In this document: positions 19,601 through 27,595 of the stretch, piece after piece
Layout: every line of letters starts with the position of its first letter
How positions within the stretch are numbered: position 1 is the first letter of the stretch
Assembly (NCBI GenBank): GCA_938075675.1
Contig: CALJHE010000003.1
Coordinates: 51,738-115,737 of the forward strand
DNA length: 64,000 nt
DNA from: Candidatus Poseidoniaceae archaeon
GTDB lineage: Archaea; Thermoplasmatota; Poseidoniia; Poseidoniales; Poseidoniaceae
Direction of reading: 5' to 3'
The notes under the pieces: generated by a model
The model's database searches: none
Told to the model about the DNA's origin: nothing
The model's input: only the letters and a program-made list of their open reading frames with translations
Made by a program: the position numbers and the translations under genes

Positions 19601-21562
19601 GTATTCTGCCCACATTGGATTCACTTCGCCTGGAGTTGCCCATGCGGATTGTATCCAGTGGGAGTCAACAGCTGCCGCAGTACCTGATGGTCCAGCGCCA
19701 GCATGCGTACTGTTTGGAGCGATGAGTGATTCTCCTTCGACGGTTGATGTCCATGAGATTGAATCAACCATGGCGCCGTTCCCGTCAATCATAACGATCG
19801 AATCAGGTGTGGTATGCTTGAGGTAGAAACTGGTAGTTCCGTTGAGGGCGATAAGTGCAACTTCACCTGGTTGAATGATGGATGTCGATTGCAAGGGCAT
19901 GTTGAATTGATGCAATGTTAGAGAACGGCCAGCTGCTTGGAATTTCCATCCGCCAACATCAAGAGCAGAACTTCCGTTGTTGTAGATCTCAATCCATTCC
20001 CCAAGAGGCCATTGCTGTGAGTCACTTCCAACTGCGTCAGGGAACACTTCTGTGAATACAGCAGCACCTGTTGATGGTGTTTGACCTGGATCCGGATGGC
20101 CTGGAGTCATCCATGTCGAAGGGACCCAAGGGTCGGACTCGATATCGTCTTGTACAAGAGAAATGTTTTGGCCGTAGTTGGTTGCATACCACGCAGAATC
20201 GACCACAGTGCCAGAGGCGTCACGAAGCATGAGTTGGTTGTAATAATCCCAAAGTTCAGTGTCTCCAGAGAACTGGACAAGCCTTCGCTCATCTGCATCA
20301 ATGGACGTTGAGCCTTGGGTTTGGTTAAACACCAATGTTCCGGGGTCAAGAATGGTCACATTCCCCATTCCGTCGATAATGGACCACCCATTGAGATCAA
20401 TTGTAGTCGAACCTGTGTTCAACAGTTCAATCCATTCACCTTCAGGGAAAGCAGAACCATCGGAACTGCTGTTTGAAAGAATCTCTGCAAATTCGATTGG
20501 AGATGGTGTGTTCGCTATCACGTCGAAGTGGAGTGGATTAGCCGCATTTGGCGTTGGATATGCAGCATAAATCCAATGCTGTGAAGACGGTGAGTCGACC
20601 AGCGAGAAACCAGCTTCAGTGTCGGTCCAAGAAATATGCTGAGCTCGACTTCCGTTCGGCCAGAAGAGTGTTAGCGATTCAACACCGTTGTTGAGTACAC
20701 CAGAGTTGCCTGAACCGTTTACCGCAATCATTCGTGTTTCACCAGGGAGAATAACGTTCTCAGAAAGGGTCTCAGAGAATCCTACAAGGTGTACGGAATC
20801 GAAATCAAGTTTGTTACCCGCAGCATCTTCAATCGACCATCCGTTCAGGTCCATGGTGTTGATTCCTGTGTTGAGAATTTCGATCCATTCACCGCCAGGC
20901 CAGATGGCATTGTCTTCAGAAGGCCATGGGTTTGACATGACCTCGTTCATTACAAGGTCCGACGGAATAACTGTTGGACCAGGTGTTGTGCCGCCGCCGC
21001 TGTTGATTGCGCCGGGGCTCGGGCCACCGGTTGGAATCCAGTCTGCAGTAGGTGTGGCGTTATCTTCTTCGTAACTGACACCGGATGCTGCGCTGGTCCA
21101 TGTTGCTTGATCCAGTTGTACACCTCCGTCAGTGTAGAGGCTTACGATGTCATCGGAGTTAGCAAGATAGAAGTTCGTCAGTCCGTTTCGAGCGACAACC
21201 ATGTATTCATCAGGTTCAATCTCCCATGTTGATGAGTTTGCAGCATCGTAACCAACGATGCTTGCCGAATTGAAGTACAATGTTTTCGAAGCCTTGTTGC
21301 TGAGATACCAATCGAGGACATCAACCGTCGATGTTCCCGAATTGTGGATTTCCATCCATTCCCCACCTGGCCATGTGGCATCATCCGCACCGTTTGGGTT
21401 TGGAAGTGCTTCGTTGAGACAGATGTCGCCGCTGCAGGCCAGCGAACGAGCTGAGGTGAAGTCAATGGATTCGGTATCGTTTAGGGTTGATACACTCATC
21501 GAAAGTGTGGTCGAAAGTACCATCAATAGAGCGAGGCCGAAGGAGCGGAGTACAAGGTTCAT
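16670..21562 (-). CDS. secreted, tail-anchored multi-LTD phospholipase-D-superfamily (dual HKD) enzyme, putative extracellular nuclease
   Basis: Signal peptide. Six lamin-tail-domain repeats (GEWIEI.N.G...DL.GW pattern, about nt 19000-21400). Two HxKxxxxD(x6)SSxNW motifs: HSKVAVRD at about 18311-18319 and HNKGMIVD at about 17691-17714. Four or five DxDxDGxxD Ca-binding repeats. TM helix, then a roughly 108-aa cytoplasmic tail. Confidence 0.7.
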   Translation of the reverse strand: MNLVLRSFGLALLMVLSTTLSMSVSTLNDTESIDFTSARSLACSGDICLNEALPNPNGADDATWPGGEWMEIHNSGTSTVDVLDWYLSNKASKTLYFNSASIVGYDAANSSTWEIEPDEYMVVARNGLTNFYLANSDDIVSLYTDGGVQLDQATWTSAASGVSYEEDNATPTADWIPTGGPSPGAINSGGGTTPGPTVIPSDLVMNEVMSNPWPSEDNAIWPGGEWIEILNTGINTMDLNGWSIEDAAGNKLDFDSVHLVGFSETLSENVILPGETRMIAVNGSGNSGVLNNGVESLTLFWPNGSRAQHISWTDTEAGFSLVDSPSSQHWIYAAYPTPNAANPLHFDVIANTPSPIEFAEILSNSSSDGSAFPEGEWIELLNTGSTTIDLNGWSIIDGMGNVTILDPGTLVFNQTQGSTSIDADERRLVQFSGDTELWDYYNQLMLRDASGTVVDSAWYATNYGQNISLVQDDIESDPWVPSTWMTPGHPDPGQTPSTGAAVFTEVFPDAVGSDSQQWPLGEWIEIYNNGSSALDVGGWKFQAAGRSLTLHQFNMPLQSTSIIQPGEVALIALNGTTSFYLKHTTPDSIVMIDGNGAMVDSISWTSTVEGESLIAPNSTHAGAGPSGTAAAVDSHWIQSAWATPGEVNPMWAEYSGSNDLVLTEALAYCNDDSITPVEDWIEVMNNGTEDLNISRWRIDTASEDRRFLRSTSMWNQSSMVLAPQERAVLLMDDDVLSGLSDQFSLSNPDGLVVDMAQWSIVSDCQTVGPSDDMSGWQTLLWPTPGAAEPDPSLFAEADDIVFSRFMPEGSTDISANTEFIEISNIGDSLAYMNGWTLTMVNSANEATNYQIGDVSIAAASSILLVADVSGLSVYEDGMGIEFDEALSPSGFTLPDSGAAVNILTPSGMLADTFVYGNGPVDIAGWSGISLVEPVSSISLLVYHRGDGCGNLPDTDLAVDWQHRWGRLGASTFCGPTEFSGISTVTPLIGPQEGLIDLLNWIDGASETLHVHLYQIEQPNLVQALIEAHNRGVDVTVVLNTAEYWWNNYDKNNQLGVAGLLATAGITTLWFGGQSDEPYTYIHSKVAVRDNTSVWMSSGNWKSSSQPAPDDRGNSEWGVLIENTDLALQVLEQISYDESLSRTYITQVSANSAPNGWSLDALKPLVNGTAADSITTDVSGRLITCPDTCVDGIVWMIQQADEEILLSLQYLDVEWSWGWGDNPIVSALEDAAKQDVRIRLILNGAYLDKDIQEVVDTFNEEWNSSLGYDVSAIVMSEDDDVSKLHNKGMIVDGEHVLISSINWGDSAPTRNREMGLILSSTEVTAPFMAGWYRDWIRTDNVTDTDNDGLPDYWEVANGLNRTIRTLPNFNILEGEHDADGDGLTNNVEYVYGSHATNADTDGDCIPDLIEVTWAQATALDPSVDDISPRDALLLADADGDGVNESEALGCDLAGVIPDDNDSVIDNDLLDDDGDGVINRDDTCPDTPSNVPVSDDGCSTEQRNSIATPSADSGTDFGATLMALVMLGGIVLAAGAYLILRNIESEGEEVKDLITIESQNLEALANGEMDSDNWEMPVLDGSGTPDSPGRISPADLARCPGWSEETIQTYLDQGWPMDELAAYYQQQVDENS

Positions 21563-21642
21563 GGTGCCACCAACAAACTGTGGGCTGAGTCTAAGGGCAT
21601 ATCACTTTCCCCTAAACAGTCACGAGGTGGGGATTGCAAGGC

Positions 21643-23154
21643 TCAAAGGAAACCGGCGTTATCCACTAGATTCTCGAACAGTAGATAGGTGATTGGAACA
21701 AGAATGACGCCCATTGCGTGGCTGCGGCGAATGCCAAGCCGTGGTGGGAGAAGCCCCAGCATTGTTCCGACGATTAGTACGGCTAGACCAATAAATCCTG
21801 TGCTCACAAACACCAAGGCGGCAACAAATATGATGACGCTCATGATCATCTGCTGCAGAGGGATGGCTGCGTGAAGTCGGAGCATACCTTTGCCGACGTA
21901 TCGCATGATTGGCATTGCCATGAGTCCAGCAGCTAATGTAATTGCAAGCAATCGAATGAAATCCGCTGTTGGTTCAAGGTTGCTCCAAGTATCGACAGGA
22001 TACATGGCCTTGAGTGCTAAAGTTGCCCCTGAGCGTGAACGGCCTATGATGTAGAGGAAACCGAGAACACACACGGTGACAGCAGTGTTTACCGCAGATA
22101 AAATGGCGATGATTTCCAAGTCTTGTTTGGTTTGCGGCCCTTCCACTCCTTCATCGGACTCCGCCTTGGCGATTTCCAGGAGTTCGTCATCTGAGAGTTC
22201 AGTCAATCGGCGAGTTTCCCAATCCATTCCAAATCCTTGCTTACCTTGGAGTTTGGCAGCCACATTCCGCCCACCCATGACCAGAACGGTTGCCTGAGAT
22301 GCCGTCATTCCAGGCAAAACGCCCATGGATGCACCGGCAACTCCAGACCAGAAGCACGGAACTAAAAGAGGCTTAGCGGGAGGTAAATCCCAGTTCTCCT
22401 TTTGAGGTGGCAAGTGCGATGTAGTCGCATAGATGTCAAGCAGGTTAGCAATTCCAAACAATCCTGCGAGGCTCGGTAGTAGAAGACTTGCACCTGGCAT
22501 ATCGATTGGAGAGCGTCCAGGCAGTGCATGCGGGCCAATGATGGTCCAGCCAAACAGTCCAGTCAACAAGAAAAATGCTGTTGCTGAGAAGAATCCTGCC
22601 AGTCTTGAATCATCGCCAAATCGCTTTCCAGTTGCGGTTTGAAGCCATTTTGGCCAGTCGAGACGAGTCGTTTCAGTCATCAAAAGTAGTGTTGAAATAA
22701 TGAGGAGGATGAAAGGCAGGAAGGTTCGGAGTTGGGAATACCACCCGAGTTCAGGACCAAATGCAATTCGAGCAAGAACAATCAATGGTAGGGAGAGGAA
22801 CAGGCCAAGTTGAGAACCGCGAGCAGACCAAGCGACTCCACGTGCTGCATTACCCGAAAGAAGCATACGGTGGCCCGGAAGTAAGGATAAAGCTTGATCG
22901 GCATCGGGCGCTCCCATAAGCGCTGAAGGAATATAATTCAAGAATGTGTGAACCGTACCTGTCGATACAATGATTCCAGCAACTGCTGAAAGCGGGATTC
23001 CAAGGCTCAGCAGCCCCGGTGCCAAGGCAAGTAGGATGAGTGCGACATTGTTGACGTGGAAACCGGGGATGATTCCGGTAAGTGTCCCCATTGCCACGCC
23101 CCCAAACAGAGCAGCGAGCATCCAACTCAGTTCGTAGATGTAGGCGTCAAGCAT
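21643..23154 (-). CDS. TctA/DUF112-like polytopic membrane permease
   Basis: About 500 aa, 10 or more TM helices. The N-terminal region (IPGFHVNNVALILLALAPG ... LMGAPDADQALSLLPGHRMLLSGNAARG) loosely matches the TctA family. Assignment is tentative. Confidence 0.4.
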   Translation of the reverse strand: MLDAYIYELSWMLAALFGGVAMGTLTGIIPGFHVNNVALILLALAPGLLSLGIPLSAVAGIIVSTGTVHTFLNYIPSALMGAPDADQALSLLPGHRMLLSGNAARGVAWSARGSQLGLFLSLPLIVLARIAFGPELGWYSQLRTFLPFILLIISTLLLMTETTRLDWPKWLQTATGKRFGDDSRLAGFFSATAFFLLTGLFGWTIIGPHALPGRSPIDMPGASLLLPSLAGLFGIANLLDIYATTSHLPPQKENWDLPPAKPLLVPCFWSGVAGASMGVLPGMTASQATVLVMGGRNVAAKLQGKQGFGMDWETRRLTELSDDELLEIAKAESDEGVEGPQTKQDLEIIAILSAVNTAVTVCVLGFLYIIGRSRSGATLALKAMYPVDTWSNLEPTADFIRLLAITLAAGLMAMPIMRYVGKGMLRLHAAIPLQQMIMSVIIFVAALVFVSTGFIGLAVLIVGTMLGLLPPRLGIRRSHAMGVILVPITYLLFENLVDNAGFL

Positions 23155-23166
23155 GAACCGTCCTCC

Positions 23167-24966
23167 TTAGTTACCGCTGTTTGGACCCGTGCCGTTTTCC
23201 ACTTCCTCGCGGTCAGTGATTCCGTCACCGTCCGTATCTTCGGTGTTGGAATTGAAGCCTGCCGCCTCTTCGTAACTGTCAGCAAGGCGGTCGCCATCGT
23301 CGTCTTGCGCATCCGCTTCATCGAGGGAATAAACGATGGATAACTGTGATGGGTGTTCAATTTGGCGCAGTCGACCCTTCCATGTGAGAGATTGGTTTTC
23401 ATGTATCGAGTCGGTTCCTATAGCATTGAGTTGAACATTGAGTTTGATCGATTGGTCAGACCCCGGGCGTTCGAGATACCATCCGTCGTCTTTGAGAGCG
23501 GCTTTGCCATCAATCAGTACAAACTGGTTTTTGGAATAGCCCCATTGTGTTGCACCATCGTCCCAAAGGAGCGTCGATGGTGGTGGTGGAGTACCTGTCA
23601 AATTGTACGAATTGACCATCAATCGAATTCGCATGTCCTCGTCGTCCCAAGCTACTGTGACATCGGCAATGACGCCTTGACCGGATTCGATCCAATCCGT
23701 ACGTGGTCCTGGGAAGGTCATAGCAATCGTTGTTTGGCCAAAGGTGTAGGTTTGACTGTCAACGAAGTAACCCTCGGTATCCAGAGGTTCGAATGCGTAT
23801 TTCATGTAGGTGTTGATGGTATAGTGCATGTATGGGTTTTCAAGCATTGAGGCAGGGTCAGCAGACAGCATTGCCTGCATTGACATTGCAGACATTGGAT
23901 TGACGAGGTTTTGGCCCATGCCTTGGTTTGCATCGATGCACCATGTGCTTCTGTCATCGCTCCACATGAGTCGACCTTCCGCATCAAAGACTGAGTTGTT
24001 GTAACCTCCATCAGCAGCGTTCTCCATGTCTTCTGGTGTTGGGATGACGCAGATGGTGTTGCCACTCGGTCCTACAAGGTCCCATACTCCATTCTCGATG
24101 TGCAAAGTTCCTGCGAGGATGACTTTGCTACCAGACTGGTAACTCCAAGTGGCTTCAGTTGCCCAGTCGAGACGATTGACTGGCGGAACATGACTGCCGT
24201 CGATGAGAATATCTGGTCCTTGGGTGTGAAGAGCCCAACGAAGGCTGGTTTCTTGGTAGGATAGGATTCCACTGACCTCAATCTTGGAATCGGATTCAAT
24301 CCACTTTCCTGTTGCGGATTGGATAAGCAGTTGCAATTGATGAGCAGCATTCCCTGGATGGTCTGTAATGTATGCCGATGTGTAGACTGCGTCAGGACTT
24401 ACAGATTCACTAATAAACCCGTTCACAGTAACAATCTTACCGACATAGTCGGATGGAGATACAGCGATATCGGAAAGGGAAACTCGCTCAAGGGTTGGCA
24501 AATCTTGCGGCTCCCAATACAGAGCCCCAGACCCTGTAGCCTGCATGTAAAACCGGCCATTATAGTCGACCACATCACCCATCGCGGTGACATTCGTGCC
24601 TATGGGGGGAATTGTACCGGTTGAATACCAGCGAACTTGAATGACTCCAGTCTCATCCTCAATGACCAAATCCACACGGTCTTCACCGCTGCCGTATCGG
24701 TCTTCAATCCATGAAATAACTTTACCTTCAACCAAAACCACTTCGTTCGTGTATTGCACGAGGTCTTCAATTTCGACGACCTGTGGTTCCCGAACCATCG
24801 CATACCAATTGAGGGTGGCAACCAAAAACAGCGACAGCGCAAACATGACCCATAATTTCTGACCCCGGGTAGCCGGGTTGTCATCGGTAATCTTGAGCAT
24901 AATGTCCTTGAGAGCATCCGCCATATTTGCCCACACTAGCGCTCCGTGCTTAGGCATTGTCATCAC
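23167..24966 (-). CDS. membrane-anchored extracellular protein with OB-fold-like domains and C-terminal Ca-binding repeats
   Basis: Single N-terminal TM helix. Two segments with an OB-fold-like strand pattern (VVLVEGKVISWIEDR...; VGKIVTVNGFISESV...). C-terminus DDDGDRLADSYE...DTDGDGITDREE. 12 nt upstream of the permease gene. Confidence 0.4.
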   Translation of the reverse strand: MMTMPKHGALVWANMADALKDIMLKITDDNPATRGQKLWVMFALSLFLVATLNWYAMVREPQVVEIEDLVQYTNEVVLVEGKVISWIEDRYGSGEDRVDLVIEDETGVIQVRWYSTGTIPPIGTNVTAMGDVVDYNGRFYMQATGSGALYWEPQDLPTLERVSLSDIAVSPSDYVGKIVTVNGFISESVSPDAVYTSAYITDHPGNAAHQLQLLIQSATGKWIESDSKIEVSGILSYQETSLRWALHTQGPDILIDGSHVPPVNRLDWATEATWSYQSGSKVILAGTLHIENGVWDLVGPSGNTICVIPTPEDMENAADGGYNNSVFDAEGRLMWSDDRSTWCIDANQGMGQNLVNPMSAMSMQAMLSADPASMLENPYMHYTINTYMKYAFEPLDTEGYFVDSQTYTFGQTTIAMTFPGPRTDWIESGQGVIADVTVAWDDEDMRIRLMVNSYNLTGTPPPPSTLLWDDGATQWGYSKNQFVLIDGKAALKDDGWYLERPGSDQSIKLNVQLNAIGTDSIHENQSLTWKGRLRQIEHPSQLSIVYSLDEADAQDDDGDRLADSYEEAAGFNSNTEDTDGDGITDREEVENGTGPNSGN

Positions 24967-25022
24967 TCATTCTTAACAAAAAACCTCCAATATGGAGTTC
25001 TGAAGCATGCGGGCTCTTTTTA

Positions 25023-26351
25023 ATGGAAAAGCAGACCGGTCTTATGGGGATGGCCATGCGTGACCGGGTGATTCGAGATGAAATCCACAAGGATATTTTC
25101 GTCCCAGCAGCCCATGCAAAAATTATCGACACACGTGAATTCCAACGATTGCGTTCCATCCAACAACTTTCGACCTGCGAATATGTTTTTCCTGCAGCGA
25201 ACCACAATCGGTTTTCCCACTCTTTAGGCGCATACCATCTTGCTCGGGCACTTGTGGATTCTCTCAATGACGTTCAACCCGGTCTCGTATCGACTGATGA
25301 TGCTGAATTGATTCAACTTGCTGCTTTACTTCACGACATTGGCCATCCGCCCTTTTCTCATCTCCTTGAATCACCAGAAGTTTTTGCGACCTACCATTCT
25401 CATGAGCATTGGGGGCGTGTTTTACTTGAATCGACAGACACAGAAGTTGGTATGGCTTTGCTCGAAGCGCTTGGCCGGACTCGGCGTGACCGCCTCTTCG
25501 CTCTACTTGACGGTGCAAGTGAACATGAAGGCATTCCGATCCCGCCTTTCATGAAAGAAATCGTTTCGAGCCAACTTGATGTCGACCGTATGGATTACAT
25601 GGTTCGTGACCAAGCAAATACGGGTGCCCAAATCGGAGGTTTTGATATTGCGCGGGTCATACGTGCTTTGCGAGTGAGTGATGACGGTCATTTCTATGTC
25701 AAATCGTGGGGTCTTCCGGCGATAGAGGCTTATCTGGTTACGAGATACCACATGTACCATCAGGTGTATTTCCACAAGGTCAACATGCTGACACAAAATT
25801 ATCTTGTGCGAATGTTGTCGCGTGCTCGAGCACTTGCACACGATGGCGTGTTATCACTTTCACCTTCTCTTGAGAATATGCTCCTCAATTCAAACTTGGA
25901 CGCGAAGGGTTATGCTGCTCTCAACGACGCACATGTCCGGGTCGCTTTGCCAGACTGGGCTGAACACGATGATTCCATTTTGTCCCATTATGCGATGCGC
26001 CTGCTCTCTCGTCGAGATTTCCACAAGTCTCTACGAATAGAAGGCCTGAGTACTGAAATGGTCTCCGTCGTTTTGCCACGATTGGAGGCACTTGTTGCGG
26101 AAGCGGGATACGATCCAAATATTGATGTCATAACAGCTCGCATCTCCAAGCGTGGTTACATGCCGTATGAACAAGGAATTCTTCTTGAAGACGGAAGAGA
26201 TGCTGCAGACCATTCCCCCCTCGTTCGTTCACTCACCCAACCCAATGAGCGAGCGCTGATTTTCGTCCCCGATGCGATTCGTGATGAACTTGAATTGAGT
26301 GTCCGTGAGTGGGTCAAACCTTCACAATCCTCGCTCGCCCAGTTTGAATGA
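25023..26351 (+). CDS. HD-domain phosphohydrolase, dGTPase/dNTP-triphosphohydrolase-like
   Basis: HNRFSHSLGAYHLARAL ... LLHDIGHPPFSH metal-binding motifs. ATG at 25023 avoids overlap with the divergent minus-strand gene. Confidence 0.7.
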   Translation: MEKQTGLMGMAMRDRVIRDEIHKDIFVPAAHAKIIDTREFQRLRSIQQLSTCEYVFPAANHNRFSHSLGAYHLARALVDSLNDVQPGLVSTDDAELIQLAALLHDIGHPPFSHLLESPEVFATYHSHEHWGRVLLESTDTEVGMALLEALGRTRRDRLFALLDGASEHEGIPIPPFMKEIVSSQLDVDRMDYMVRDQANTGAQIGGFDIARVIRALRVSDDGHFYVKSWGLPAIEAYLVTRYHMYHQVYFHKVNMLTQNYLVRMLSRARALAHDGVLSLSPSLENMLLNSNLDAKGYAALNDAHVRVALPDWAEHDDSILSHYAMRLLSRRDFHKSLRIEGLSTEMVSVVLPRLEALVAEAGYDPNIDVITARISKRGYMPYEQGILLEDGRDAADHSPLVRSLTQPNERALIFVPDAIRDELELSVREWVKPSQSSLAQFE

Positions 26352-26393
26352 TGTAGGGTTAAGTTCATGTCTTGTGCTCTTTCCCTCGACGCA

Positions 26394-26467
26394 GGGGCCC
26401 GTAGCTTAGTTGGTTGGAGCACCCGGCTCATAACCGGGGGGTCAGGGGTTCAAGTCCCTTCGGGCCC
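26394..26467 (+). tRNA. tRNA-Met/Ile2 (anticodon CAT), elongator-type (G1:C72), CCA not encoded
   Basis: Hand-folded. Acceptor GGGCCCG/CGGGCCC, D-arm GCTT...GAGC, anticodon stem CCCGG/CCGGG with loop CTCATAA, T-arm AGGGG-TTCAAGT-CCCTT, discriminator A. Confidence 0.85.
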
Positions 26468-26553
26468 ACTTTTTAATCCCCGTCCGTTGGCTATTTTCTG
26501 AGCCATCACGGCGCAACGGTTATGAGGGTCTCATTACTGGGGTTGTTTGACAG

Positions 26554-27495
26554 GTGGTCTATATGTTGAAGCGTGCTCTGTTCCTTCTCGCCCTTTACCT
26601 ATGCTCGGTTATGATTGTTGCAGTTCCTGCTTCAGCTCAAGCACCGACCGCTGCAATTTCTCTTTCCTGCGCTCCAATTTCAATTAACATCGAAGTTAAG
26701 CCTGGTTCGACGTACAACGGTTTCACCACCTGTACCGCTAGCAATCCTACAACTTGGCAAGAGAAAATCAGCATTCTTGTAACCAGTGACGGATTAGCGA
26801 CTGCCGCTCCTGGTGACATGTACATCGGCGCAGGTGCAGAAGTCGATTTCCAGATTTCAGTTCGTGCTACACCTTACATGGTTATGCAAAGCCGAACACT
26901 CTCAGTCTCTGCTACGGTGCAAGAAATTAACAGTCTACCACCGCCAAACGTTGCATCGTCACAGAACAACATGATTGTCAACATCATGCAGTATTCTTTG
27001 GTTCAGGTTGAAGCAGTCGAACCTTTCGTACAGTTGATGCCGAAGAAAGACAAGAACTTCGAATTCAAAGTTTACAATCTCGGTAATCAAATAGATTTCA
27101 TGAAGGTAGGAATTACAGAATCAAGCCGTGAGAACCTCGAAGAAGCAGGGTTCACGATCAACTTGCCAGCAGTGAAGGTTCAGATTGACGCAATCCCAAC
27201 AGCAACGAAGGTTCGAGTTATGGCCCGTACCCCTAAGACGCAAGGTTGGAGTGACGCATACCACGTTCTCGACTTTTACGCTGAATCTGAATTCGCTTGT
27301 AACAACGGTGGATGTATCCGAGAATCTCAAATGATTACTGTGTATGTCCGTGGTGTCTATCTCCCCGGTTTCGAAATCGTTCCGGCAATCTCGATGATTG
27401 CACTGGCAGCAGCAGTTGCTGGCCGGCGTTTCGTTGAAGAGCGTGAAGAAGACGAAGAAAACGTCGTCTGGTACGAGTCAGCCCCCGGCCTGTGA
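26554..27495 (+). CDS. hypothetical secreted protein, C-terminal TM anchor with short acidic tail
   Basis: Signal peptide (…VAVPASAQA). C-terminus AISMIALAAAVAGRRFVEEREEDEE. GTG start in track, with an in-frame ATG at 26563. Confidence 0.45.
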   Translation: MVYMLKRALFLLALYLCSVMIVAVPASAQAPTAAISLSCAPISINIEVKPGSTYNGFTTCTASNPTTWQEKISILVTSDGLATAAPGDMYIGAGAEVDFQISVRATPYMVMQSRTLSVSATVQEINSLPPPNVASSQNNMIVNIMQYSLVQVEAVEPFVQLMPKKDKNFEFKVYNLGNQIDFMKVGITESSRENLEEAGFTINLPAVKVQIDAIPTATKVRVMARTPKTQGWSDAYHVLDFYAESEFACNNGGCIRESQMITVYVRGVYLPGFEIVPAISMIALAAAVAGRRFVEEREEDEENVVWYESAPGL

Positions 27496-27511
27496 CGGCT
27501 CGTGAACAAAC

Positions 27512-27531
27512 CTTCGACAATCCTGTCGAAG
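27512..27531 (+). terminator. hairpin CTTCGACA-ATCC-TGTCGAAG immediately after the stop of the 26554..27495 gene
   Basis: Perfect 8-bp inverted repeat with a 4-nt loop, 17 nt after the stop codon. Confidence 0.3.
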
Positions 27532-27595
27532 CATGAACTTGTAGGGGTCGCTTTGATAATCCCCACCGTTTAACGACCTCATAACAGGGATTGCT

